A DNA stretch of 63,868 nucleotides, filler included, from Licmophora abbreviata (GCA_900291995.1; 13 parts of 13 records of this genome joined end to end with filler, not necessarily neighbours in it), one strand, 5' to 3'; numbered from the whole stretch's first letter, positions 10,423 through 21,942 are shown. Numbers and translations are program-made. The notes: generated by a model from the sequence alone, not told the origin.

Positions 10423-12884
10423 CTACTTCGGTACACTCTCGCCCCAGCAGTACGGTTCCTTCCCGTACATGAAGGGCGGCGCGACAAAGCGTTTCCTTTC
10501 CGTGATCTGATTCAATGCCTTCATGTCCGCGGCGGAAAGGTCAGAGCTCGTACGAGACGACAAGACGTCACGCATGTGCTCCTCGGATCGACACTTGGGG
10601 ACGACGGCAACGCCTTGTTGAATGTTCCACTTTAAAACAACCTGTGCCGCCGAGCATGCGTTGCGATTCGCAACTTGCTGGACGATTTCATGTGATAATA
10701 GATCATCGCTCCCCTGTGCGAGCGGGCTGTGAGCCTGGATCAGAATATCATTCTGGGCGCAAAAATCAACCAACTCCCATTGCGGAAGGAGTGGGTGGCG
10801 TTCAATCTGGTTGACCAAAGGCTGGATATTGCATTTGGTGAGAAGTAGCAGGAGTGCCTCTGCGTTGAAGTTGGAAACACCGAGGGCGCGAACGAGTCCT
10901 TCAGTCTGACAAGATTCCATTTCGCTCCACACTTCTTGCAATACTTCCGTCGCAATCACTTCCGCCGGCCAGTGCAGCAACAGCAAATCGGCTCTCTGGA
11001 GGTTGAGGTTCGACAAGCTATCGGTGAGTTCTTGGCGTACTTGAGATGCGCTGGTGGCTCGCTTGGGCACCTTGACTGTGAAGAATGATGACGAGTCACC
11101 GTCGAGGCCTTTGCCAAGCTTATCTTCGTTCTTGTAGGTCGGAGCCGTGTCGAAAGCCTCGAAGCCCAGTTGGATGGCCTTGGAAGCGATGCCTTGAGCT
11201 TTCTTGCGTCCCAGGCCCATGGTGCCGAAAGTAATCGAAGGCAACGAGACTGGTCGAAGAGGAGAAAATGAGCGTGAAGCGGAGCAGATCGGTTCTACGT
11301 TGGAAGGCAATGACAGCTTGCGGTAGAATTCGGCCAGTCTTGCCGCTCCTTCAGCCGTACGCGTGACACTAATCAACGCAAGTCCTTCCTCATATTTGGG
11401 CTTGACCATCTTGTCGGACGAGTGCATAGCAAGTTTGGCACCCGAATCGCCTTGCACGCCACCTTCATGATTCTCGCGCTCCCTCACACGCTCCTCTATG
11501 ACTTTCTTGGGTGGCGACAAGACCACAGCATGGACCGGTACGCCTGCATCTTGCGCGATCCGAATGAAATGCTCACGCTGCGTTTCATCCAAGTGCATTC
11601 GATCCACAACCACCGATTGCTTGCGCTGCAATGCCGCCTGCGCGGCCTCTTCGACAGCCCAACGCGTTCCCGGCGCGCCGTCGTTGATTGTATCTTGCGA
11701 CAGATGAACCCAGTCTGTGTTGCCTTTCTCGTTTCCGTAGTCATGACTCTCTTTGTTCCTCTGCACAAGAGTCTGACAGAAGGTCGATTTTCCAGAACCC
11801 TGCACTCCTACCATAATGAGTAGAATCGGACCCTCTAGATATCCGCCGGTCAGTGCCGCACGCGTCCCCAGCGCTTCCTGTGGTGGTACAGTGTACGCCA
11901 GACGCTGGTGCTTCTTGCGCAGCTCTTGATGACTGTCCCCAAAATACTCTTCGGGAGTGTAAAAGTGTAAAGTAGCACCTTTCAACTCGCCCACATTTCG
12001 AGCAAAGCCGACATCGACACCTCCCTGCGGATCATCCTCATGTTCGATACTGTCTCCAACATAAAAACTCGACCTGACATCCCACTCCTCATTATTCTTA
12101 CAGCAGCATTGCTCCGCAACCTTCCACATATTGGCCGACGGTTTGTGATATCCCGACTTTTTGTTGGTCGACATGACCACGACCGAAACAGGCCTATTGT
12201 ATGACAGAGCCACTCCACGAGAGACTTGACATGCGTCGCCTTTTTTCCCTCAAACGCTCCTCGAATCGCACCCTGATTGCTAAAGATGGCAAGTTGGTAG
12301 CCTTCTGCATCGTAGAGATGTCGGAGTTTGGCAAGGACCGCGCGATTCCAGAGTTCGTAGTGCTCCATACGACTCGGCCATCCCGAGATGCGCCATGTCA
12401 GCAAGGTGCCGTCCAAGTCAAAGGCAGCGAGTTTCGTACGCGAGGAGGCATCGGGTGGTGCTCGACGCAACCTTCGAACCAAACAGGCTTCTCGGTAGAC
12501 GGACCAGGATGCGTTCGTCGTACTAATAGAAGCGTTCACTGGCGTCGGAAGAATGGGATCAATCGTACCAGGTGATTCGTTGGTGATGGAAGAAGATGGA
12601 TCCGTTGTTGTTGCTGTTGTTGNNNNNNNNNNNNNNNNNNNNNNNNNNNNNNNNNNNNNNNNNNNNTTAATTAATTAANNNNNNNNNNNNNNNNNNNNNN
12701 NNNNNNNNNNNNNNNNNNNNNNGTTGTTGTTGTTGTTGTTGTTAGGACTCTTCTTCTTTGTCTGCTTCAGTGGAAAGAAGTTCGTAAGAGAAGACTGAGA
12801 GGGACGTTCGTCCGACTTTTGTCGCTTGCAAGCAGGTGATGATGACAAGTCTGCGGATGCGTCCACTCGAGTAGGAGGAGCCAT
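10423..12884 (-). CDS. Polynucleotide 3'-phosphatase (HAD) + 5'-kinase (P-loop) + aldo-keto reductase fusion with N-terminal PIP box; spans linker gap; 1-nt frameshift near 12192
   Basis: HAD motifs AAFDLDGT, FSNQG, HKP, FYVGDS...FYTPEEYF. Kinase GVQGSGKST...SQDTI...VVVDRMH...HEGGVQG. AKR FDTAPTYKNE, TVK, LLLHWP, LGVSNF, NQIERHP, AHSPL, QVVLKWNIQQG...PK. QSSLTNFF at 12774-12797 on the far side of the gap. Confidence 0.85.
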
Positions 12885-13381
12885 GCTGCTGCTGGTGATT
12901 GGTCGACTGCGGTGTTTTGGGCCGTCGGATGAGGAAGAAGAAGAAAATCTCGAGCGATACAAGAGGTCCTACTTTATCCAGGGGATTCGTATTCGACTGG
13001 ACGGATGGTAGCGAACAATGGAGGGAAATTTGCGAACGACGAACGGAGGGAACGACCTTGCAAGTGTCGTGGTTGTTGTCATTGTAGGACGATACTAGAC
13101 TGTGACATAACAGCTAGTAGACGAGAGAGTTTTCCGCCTTGTTCCGTTTCTTGTGACGGCCAGACTGTTGGCGCGCCACGACTCATCGTAAGTCACGAGT
13201 CCACGACGACGCGTACATACGTCGTCCCCAATTCGGAACGAAACGTCCCGAAACCATGGTGCAACTTGCGGCGCCGCGCTTGTAGACTACTTGTAGTTAT
13301 ATAAAGTGTTCTACTACTATACTTCCATCTTGCAAGGGTCACGAGGCGTCAAATACACTACCAATAGCAGCAACCATCGTC

Positions 13382-14479
13382 ATGGCGAGGATAGATAGTA
13401 ATAGAAGTACCATCACAAGACCACCACCACTGCAACAACAACAACACCAATCCACCGCCGAGCATAACAAAAACAAAACTTCACCACATCATCATCATCC
13501 TCAGTGGCGCGAAGCCGTCGCGGGTGCCTGTGCCGGTGCCTTGGCCAAGACAGCAGTCGCTCCCGTTGAACGAGTCAAGTTGTTATTGCAGTTGCAGAAT
13601 AGTATTCAAGATTCCAGCTTGTTGCAACATGACATGAAAAAGAAGACAAATGCCTTCCGAATAGCCCGTGCAGTCTATCAAGAACAAGGTCTGCTTGCCT
13701 TTTGGAGAGGCAATACGGCAAATGTCTATCAGCAAGCCGGCACGGTGGGTCTCAATTTCATCTTGATGGACTGGTATCGACACGTGGCCGTGTCACCCTT
13801 GCTGCATCAATCGCTACTGTGGTTTCCTTCCAAACGAACCTTGGAACAACGCAAGAGACGGCGAGACCTCATTGGGAGTTTCCTATCCGGAGGTCTAGCG
13901 GGAGGGACGGCTACGACGGTTCTGTATCCGATTCAATTTTTGCGGACGCGACTGGCCATGGACGTGGGTGGAGATCAACAAACACGAATCTACAATCGAG
14001 GCATGCGTGGGGCCTTTGTCAGTATCTATCAGTCGGACGGCCTTCGAGGTCTCTATCAGGGCTACCCGATATCCGTCCTCGGTGTCATTGTCTACCGTGC
14101 CTTGCATCTAGGAGGATACGATGCCTTGAAAACGGAGTTGCTCTATTCGAAAACGCGAAAGGCTGACACGTCAATACATGCTAGTACTAGTCCAAACACA
14201 ACGCTCTCTTGGACCGAACGATTCGCATTGGCTCAAGTGGTCAGCCTCACGGCGGGTACTATTTGCTATCCGATTGACTCGGTCCGACGACGGCTCATGA
14301 TGCAAGCGGGCGTGCCTATTCCAGATCGACTGTATAATAACTCCATGGACTGTATGAGACAGGTGTATCGTACAGAGGGTCTTCGGGGTTTCTACCTGGG
14401 ATTGGGGCCCAATCTTGTGCGCAGCTTCGGAGCTGCGCTATTGTTGGTGGCATACGATGTCTTCAAAGTCATGTTATAA
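13382..14479 (+). CDS. Mitochondrial carrier, divergent ADP/ATP translocase-like
   Basis: Three carrier repeats (APVERVKLLLQ, YPIQFLRTRLAMD, YPIDSVRRRLMMQ), FWRGNTANV, and the AAC-like RRRLMM signature. Confidence 0.9.
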   Translation: MARIDSNRSTITRPPPLQQQQHQSTAEHNKNKTSPHHHHPQWREAVAGACAGALAKTAVAPVERVKLLLQLQNSIQDSSLLQHDMKKKTNAFRIARAVYQEQGLLAFWRGNTANVYQQAGTVGLNFILMDWYRHVAVSPLLHQSLLWFPSKRTLEQRKRRRDLIGSFLSGGLAGGTATTVLYPIQFLRTRLAMDVGGDQQTRIYNRGMRGAFVSIYQSDGLRGLYQGYPISVLGVIVYRALHLGGYDALKTELLYSKTRKADTSIHASTSPNTTLSWTERFALAQVVSLTAGTICYPIDSVRRRLMMQAGVPIPDRLYNNSMDCMRQVYRTEGLRGFYLGLGPNLVRSFGAALLLVAYDVFKVML

Positions 14480-14481
14480 TC

Positions 14482-14482
<1 letters not shown>

Positions 14483-14566
<84 letters not shown>
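14483..14566 (+). repeat. (CAA)~28 microsatellite
   Basis: Perfect CAA run starting 3 nt after the carrier stop codon. Confidence 0.97.
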
Positions 14567-14630
14567 GAAAACTTGAAATACCAATAGCTAAAAGATGAGA
14601 CTTGGTGATCCCTCCCAACGCCGCACTCAG

Positions 14631-17087
14631 TCATGGTACGTCACTGCCGTGCGACGGTCCGTTTCTAGTATCACCACCACACACAGCTGCAATCGCCTCG
14701 CTAGAAAAATCTACCCGCAAGTGGAACGTTTGTCTAAGCTCCTCCTTCGTCAGGGCAACGTTTGTGGCTTGGTAGGCTAGCCAGTCAGACGACTTTTCCA
14801 GCTGCAGCACCGTAACGACTTGAGAAACGCGCTCCCACTGTTCCAGAAACGACACTGCAGTGTTCACCTCGGAATTTGCGACAAAGTCCGATACGTGATT
14901 CTGAAGCAGCCGCACTTGTTTCGAAAGCAGCAACGAGCCCCAGTCAGACATTCTCTTGCTCCCATCCCAGAGAGCATTTAGAATGACCGCAGCCAGCCTG
15001 CAGCTCAACTCTCTGCTCATCGCCACGGAAACTTCAGCATCGCATCGATCCAAGTTCCGAAGAATCCGCGCCTGTTGAAGACAGCCCATCATGTCACGTT
15101 CCAATCGTTCGTCAGCCTCGGCCACGGAAAAATTGTGGGAAGTTAAATTATAATCCTCGTGACGAAAGAATTCACGCAGTGCGTCCAAGCACAGTGTGTA
15201 ACCACCGCGTGTCTTTGTGGAACTCCGCTGCATCTCTGCTGTCCCACACCACTCGGAGAGAATCTCGCTGACTTGATCACTCAACAGGCTCCGGTAAGCT
15301 CCAGCATAACGTAGGAGNNNNNNNNNNNNNNNNNNNNNNNNNNNNNNNNNNNNNNNNNNNNTTAATTAATTAANNNNNNNNNNNNNNNNNNNNNNNNNNN
15401 NNNNNNNNNNNNNNNNNAGCGTAGCCAGGGACCCAAGGAAGCCAGTTGACGTTGGAGCACTTGAAGGCGGTGAAGTTGGGTTACTTTTGCTGCCGCCACC
15501 GTTGGCACCACCCAAATCGTCATCGAGCGCATCCAACAGAGCCGATGCAAACGAGTCTCTGTTTCCGCTCCTTGGAGGGGAATCGTTGGTTGATTTCGTT
15601 TCGATCGTTTCGTCGGGCACCGCCCAGCATCCACGCTGCTCCACCAAAGCTTGATGAACACCCGACTGAAACGTATCGTCTGTACTCCACACATCATGCG
15701 ACAAGGAATGCGCAACCGTTCCCATGGCTTGTACCGACCGCGTGGACGTGGCTCGCTCCAACGCTCTTGTACTTAGGTACTGCGCATCTTCCACCACACT
15801 CGGAACTTGCAGCGACTTGCCAATGACAATGTGTACCGGACAAGCAAGGTCGAGTGCACTTTGCCACTGTTGTGTTACCAGAAATCGTTCGAGCGCTGCA
15901 TACGTCCACGTCCAGTCCGGCAAAAGCTGGTCCGCAACAATCGTCTGCCTAGAATTCTGCATCAGAGTCTGATATCGCGCTAGTAGTTGACACCCAAACG
16001 CCATTTCTTCGATGACGGCATCAAGCTGTGCCAGGTCAGCAATTGCTTGTACGCTACTACCAGAAGCAGTTGCCACAGTGAGGCTCGTTGACGACGACTT
16101 TGTCATCCATCCCGGTATTGCCCGATCTTCCCAGAACCAGTCTGAAATTGTCTTGGTCAGACTCTGTGCTTGCTCGTCCAGAACCTGAATCGCCCCTTCG
16201 CACATGCGCCGCAACCACGTTACCATGCTATCATTCCCGTTCTCCACAGACGATGGTAGTCCTTGCATCCATACTTGTAGAGGATGCGCGAGTGCACTGG
16301 CCTGTCCCAAGATGACCGTCATGGCATGGGAGTGTGGCTGTGATGGCGCAGAAGAAGCGGCAGTAGTATCAGGATCGTCGCTATCCTCGTGCACAGCAGT
16401 CAAAGTAGACTTCATGGATGATCTTTGCTGTTGCGCCTTTCTCCAATGAGCTAAATGAGCAATGGCCTGTTTGGCCCGCTGGCGAAGTATCGATCGTTGG
16501 TAGGCGGCATACTGATCGACAATGTCTTGCATCATCTTCGACCCTACGGATGACTTATGGTGTTGTGATGCTGCAGATGGCGACACAACCATGGAAGATT
16601 TTGTTCTAGAGCCTTCTTCTCCATTGTGATTGGAGTCCCAGACTAGCAAGAGCGTCAATTCAAACAAACGCGCCACCGCTCCTTGATTCTCCACGAGTTT
16701 TCCCAGCGTGACAATGCTCTGCAGTGTATTCTGCATCCCCTCAAGTACTTTTTGTCGAACGTGCAAAAACAAGTCCCGTCTGGCAAAGTCATTTGTATGT
16801 TCCTCTTCCGGTCGATCTAGAATATATCGATGCAAGCGTGGCAGCTGATTCAATACGAGGTCTTCCAATTCGTACTGCCAATCTTCGACAGCCGGTGGAT
16901 CATGAGCCGCGTCGTCGGCGTCGGCGACTTGAGCGGAGACTCGCAAGTGCACTTGCTGTCTGTGTTCCTCTATTCGTAGAAGTATCTGTGCCACTCCGTC
17001 TTCAAAGGATGATGTGTTTGACGAAGCACTAGAATGCAGTGGCGGTGATGGAGGATGCTCGTCGTCTTGATGGCGTTGGTGCTCCAT
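14631..17087 (-). CDS. COG4: COG4-like (conserved oligomeric Golgi complex subunit 4), spans linker gap
   Basis: SVVEDAQYLSTRALERATST, WGSLLLSKQVRLLQ, ERVSQVVTVLQLE and LTKEELRQTFHLRVDF match the COG4 middle and C-terminal patterns. Gap 15318-15417 lies inside. Confidence 0.75.
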
Positions 17088-17559
17088 GTGCAATTCTTTT
17101 CCTTTTTTTTCAGAGACAAAGCTTCGAATTGGGGGGAAGCTAAACTATACTGTACTTCTTTAAAAACGAATGTGTCCGAATATGTCTCACGGTATCAACA
17201 AAACAAGAGCAGCGTCAAGAAATGGTGGTGGTCATCGTCGTCGTCGTCATGGTCGAATCGAAAAGTTGAGATCGAGTCGCGTCGTCGCATCATTCGTCGT
17301 CAGGCGACAGACAGACATGAAGTGCGAGCTCTGATGATGTTGAATGTATTAGTAGGAGCTCGAAACTTTTCCGACTGCCGCGCCGCCGCCAAATAATCTG
17401 CGCGACAACGTGGCCACAAGTTCGAAGAGAGACGTCGCCTCTATCATCAACAGTGCAATCAGAACGACGTGACCCTCGTCGTCCTTTGGCTGAGTTCTGT
17501 CGAACGTCTGTAGTGCTGCATCGTTTCGAGTCTCGCCAGGTGCTTTGAAGCTTGCAAGA

Positions 17560-18124
17560 ATGGGTCGTCGTGCGAAGAAGGCTCCCGTAAGTTTAATTTC
17601 GTCCAAGTCAGTTTATTAGTTCCGGAGCGCCGTCTCACTCTGCTTGTAAACTTTAGGTTCAAACTAAAAAGAGACCGACCCTTGCCAAACGTTTCAAATG
17701 TCCCTTTTGCGCCAACGACAATACGGTCGAATGTAAGATGGACTTTCGCAATGGCATCGGATCGTTGGAATGTCGATTGTGCGGTGCCAGCTATCAAATG
17801 GACATTCATGCCCTTCACGAGCCCATTGATGTCTTTAGCGAATGGCTCGATGACTGTGAAGCAGCGCAGCAGGGAAGGACGAATACAACTACCACGGAAA
17901 GTGGACATTACGCCGATGATGATGACGACGACGACGATGATGACTTGGGAGCAGCGTCGGGTCTCCATCGAGCGACGCCAGCGGTTCAATCTGTGGCGGA
18001 CAAAGGATCAGGAATGAACGAGTCTGGTCAAGCAACAGAAACCAATACTTCGGCGGCGGAGAGGCCATCGTATTCGGCACTCGGATTGGATGACTCGGAT
18101 GACGACGACGACGACGACGAGTAG
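17560..18124 (+). CDS. ELF1: Transcription elongation factor ELF1 (Zn ribbon) with acidic tail
   Basis: Exon 1 MGRRAKKAP (17560-17586), intron 17587-17656, exon 2 VQTKKRPTLAKRFKCPFCAND...CRLCGASY...LHEPIDVFSEWLDDCE. Confidence 0.92.
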
Positions 18125-18220
18125 TCTACTACTATAGTGCTGATGGTAGTAATGGTGATGGATCATGAAGCTACTCTACTACTAGCATGATCATTACTAT
18201 ACCATTTCAACTGCAGTTCT

Positions 18221-19162
18221 CTATTGCTCCTGCTGCAGATGATGCTTCTTCCTGTTCTTGTTGTTCAAAGTATCCTTGGCTGGAAGAAACTCGGTCGCAA
18301 TATCGCAATCCTGCACCTTGACCATGGGTACCTTTTCCCCCCTCGGCGCACTTCGCAAGTCCACCACATCGAACCAATACCTTTCCTTGTTGTAATCAAA
18401 GGCAATTGTCGTACCCTTGGTCAATGCACTGTAATGTTTGAGTTCCGTTTCTAATACGGCCTGTGGATTGGCAATGTTCTTTGCAAACTTGGACGAGTGC
18501 GGACGCAATTGTGCAGCACTGCCGGGTGGGACAGTCGTGATCAACCTCACGTCCACAACGTCTCGTGGATGCAAGCCCAAGGCTCGCATCATCCACCATG
18601 GTAAAAAGCAATAATTCGACGGTGCTCGAAAGTCCAAGGGTCCTCCGACTGCTTTATCGAGTTGCAGGAAGGACGCGTGTTCACTGCTAATAGTAGTACC
18701 TTCATCCTCATCCTCCACTCCTGATGCTGCTGCTGCTGCTACTACTCTCTCTTTCGTCACACCCTCTACTCGACTCACTTCCATCAGCCATGGGACTTCA
18801 GCCTGTGTCGTTTGAATCGCTTGCCAGAAATTCCGGGGCACCGACAGCTTGTCTCCCGTCTGAACGTGTCCGTGCGAAAAGACCCCCATGGGCGGGTCGA
18901 AACGATCGTCCAGGGGCAAACAAATGAGACGTCGTTTGGTGAGCGAAGACTCGCTGGCCACCAACTGAGCATTGTAGTCTTCCACGTCTTGTTCCAATTG
19001 TGCCCAAGATTGGGACTGTTCCAGGCGGTCTGCGAGAGTACTAGACGGAGGAGGTGACAGTAGGTTGTTCGTCTTCGAGGAGGAGGAAGCGTGGACGACC
19101 GATGATGCTGCCGACAGCAGCGCCCAGAGTGAGATAAGAAGCCTGGAAGATGAGGAGTTCAT
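18221..19162 (-). CDS. UFD1: UFD1 homolog with signal peptide; symbiont-type sUfd1 (SELMA) candidate
   Basis: GDKLSVP, GPLDFRAPSNYCFLPWWMM, LRPHS, NPQAVLETELKHYSALTKG. Signal peptide ends VVHA-S. No long UT6 tail. Confidence 0.85.
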   Translation of the reverse strand: MNSSSSRLLISLWALLSAASSVVHASSSSKTNNLLSPPPSSTLADRLEQSQSWAQLEQDVEDYNAQLVASESSLTKRRLICLPLDDRFDPPMGVFSHGHVQTGDKLSVPRNFWQAIQTTQAEVPWLMEVSRVEGVTKERVVAAAAASGVEDEDEGTTISSEHASFLQLDKAVGGPLDFRAPSNYCFLPWWMMRALGLHPRDVVDVRLITTVPPGSAAQLRPHSSKFAKNIANPQAVLETELKHYSALTKGTTIAFDYNKERYWFDVVDLRSAPRGEKVPMVKVQDCDIATEFLPAKDTLNNKNRKKHHLQQEQ

Positions 19163-19560
19163 TGTGGAGCAAAGGAAGAAAGAATGGATACAGTCCTACA
19201 GGCTGCTGTGTATGATAGCTCTCATACTGTGCAGGTGTGGTCGCGATCGCCATCAACCAGCAACATCACATCGCACCGGCGCCCGTCATCTGATTTTTGG
19301 ATATTTCCGCGTGGAGGCAGTTTTGGGGGAAACATCCACTCACATATTCAACCATGAACATTGGATATAGAAATTCCCAGGTTTCGTTCCCACATTGAAC
19401 ATTCAACCACATCACGGTCACAGTAGAGACCGTGCAGACTGCGATGCAACGCCTCGTCACACTTATCAGTCACCGTCGTCATTGCATCCCCTTGAATCTC
19501 TCTTCTCTCCTGCTGCAAGAGCATAGTATTGAGTCGCTTTTTCATATACCATACACTAGC

Positions 19561-21942
19561 ATGGCCTACGACGATGATTATTTCGTGCGTTATGACAGCT
19601 CTACTTCCGAGGACGGCTTTGACGCCTACGAGGAAACGACCGTCAATCCTGGAAATTGGGCCATATTCTCTTGTCTTCTCGTTTCCTTTGTCGTCATGTT
19701 CCTCGTCATGCCGTATATGGTCTATCGACAGAAGCAGAGCAAACGAGCAGCTAAAATTCAAAAACAAGTAAGCATGCTGGAATTCAAGTCCGACAAGAGG
19801 GCGGAAGCGACTCCGGGATCCTACATGTTTGTCCAAAACACCGAGCCAGAACATCAAGAGCCAGATGAGTTTGCGAGCCAATATAAGAAGATACGAGCTA
19901 CCTTCCGCACGATTGTCAGGATGGATCAAGAGTCGAAACGGATCCTCAACTATGCGCTGCCCTTTACCGTGAGTGCCCTTGTCAGCGCCATACTGGGCAG
20001 TACTGTTCTTGCATTGGTGGGCCACTTTGTGGGGACCAAGGAGCTTGCAGCGATTGCCGTAACCGACATTTTGTTGAGCTTGGTGGAGGACTTCTTGCAA
20101 GGGCCGCTCAGTGCTAATATTACACTCTGTGCGCACGCCGTGGGGGCCTCGAATGAATTCCTGGCTGGACAATACGTGCAGCTATCCTTGATTTTTTATT
20201 TTGTCCTGCAGGTGCCCTTTCTGTTCCTTTGGTACTTGTATACGGACGATATTATTTTATTTCTCGGGTGGGGTGATGAGGAGGAGGCTTCGTACGGACT
20301 TGCCTATGTACGAATCGCAATCTGGGGCGTCGTCATGGACTGCATCCATGCAGCCTTTGAGAATTTGCTAGAAGTGACGGGTCACGAGTACTACACGACC
20401 TTTATGGGACTCGTGTACGATGGAGCTGTGGTGTTGATCCTTGTCATTATGATTGTCGTCGGTGTCGATCTCAATGTCGAATTGGTGGCTCTCGTATATC
20501 TCGCTACCTCTGCTTTCTTCCTCGCCTTGACGATTGGACTGGCCTTTTTGGTTGGGTGGCTGGAGCCTTTTCGAAAGGGCATTTTTCGCAACTTTGCGCT
20601 GAAGAATAGAACTGCCATGTCAAACATGATCAAGACCGCCGTCCCCCTCACCTTTGGATCCATCCTGAGCAATGCAGAGGTACGTATTCTGTTTTGTTTT
20701 GTTTTCTGGGTCTTGTAAATGGCATTGCTTTTCGGTGCACTAACGAATCTGTTGTTCATGTATAAACTCATCACCCTCCATGTTTTGCCTGTATGATGTC
20801 GATGAATCGTCGATTGCCAATTGATATTGTAACAATAATAATAGTGGGCCATTCTGACCGTATTTGCGTCGCACATGGGCCTGGCCGAGGTGGCAGCCTG
20901 GGCTGTCCTGGGTTCCATCTGGGAGGTCTTTGAGTCGACGACGGAGGGGATTGGCGACGCGGCTGAGATTCGGGTAGCCTATCATTTGGGAAACAACCAT
21001 CCTTCCATGGCCAAGCTCTCGACCTACAAGTCCCTCTATTTCGGAATGATACTAGCCTCGACTGTCTCAGGTGTCATGTTTTTCGTGATGGATGACATTC
21101 CGGCGTGGTTCACAATGGACGAGACGCTGCAATCTATGATTGGCGAATGTCTGCCCCTGATTGGAATCGGCAACATCTTGATGACGTTCGGTATGTTGTG
21201 CTGGTACATGGTTGGCGCCCAAGGACGGTACAAGATTGCGACGTGGGTCCACTTTGGGACCAGCTATGGAATCACTCTGCCACTGGCAGCTCTGTCCGTC
21301 TACGTGTGGAACTTTGACTTGCAAGCGCTTACGTTTTCCGTCGTAGTGGGCTATGTTGGCGTCGGTGCTTCGTTGGCTTATATGCTGTTAACATCCGATT
21401 GGGCATACCGTGCTTACAAGATTCAACGGCAGAATGCCATGGAAGACGAAGACGACGATGAAGACGACGAAGAGAGTGATCAGGACGACGATGAGTTATA
21501 CATGCTGCTGCAGGCTCGACGCAGTCGTGCCGCGAGGGCCACGGCCACTGGAAATATCAAACTGCTGACGGCTCCAGCAGGACCACTCGGTATTGGCGTT
21601 GACTTTATACCGCATCGCGTAGGCCCCACCCTGACGACCGTACTCGTGACAAGTCCATTCCGGGGCATGTGCTTTCCTGGCGACAGTCTCTTGTCCGTGG
21701 ACGGCACGAATGTCTTGTCGCTTTCATTGGAACGAATCCATGAGCTGTTTGTCGGAGAGAAAGATAAGGACCGTCAACTGACAGTAATGAGTGCAACGCC
21801 ATGCCATTATCAAGAAGAAGGGACGTCTAAAGTTCTCCTCTCCGGTACAGTCCCTGACATTCCTGATTTTGAAGAGGAAGAAACGATCTTTCCCCACTGG
21901 TGGGAAGATCAAGAGGACAACGACGAACACGTCATACTGTAA
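19561..21942 (+). CDS. MATE-family transporter with C-terminal PDZ-like domain
   Basis: Two MATE halves (RILNYALP...GHFVGTKELAA...LCAHAVGA; MGLAEVAAW...IRVAYHLG...GAQGR). Intron 20680-20844. C-terminal APAGPLGI...VTSPFRG..FPGDSLLSVDG..V...RQLTV. Confidence 0.87.

Noticed and set aside
14392..14634. Poly-Cys ORF
   Set aside because: Antisense reading of the (CAA)n microsatellite.
19348..20172. Long antisense ORFs (also 32828-33511, 40751-41485, 61701-62282 and others)
   Set aside because: Expected shadows of real genes at about 50% GC.
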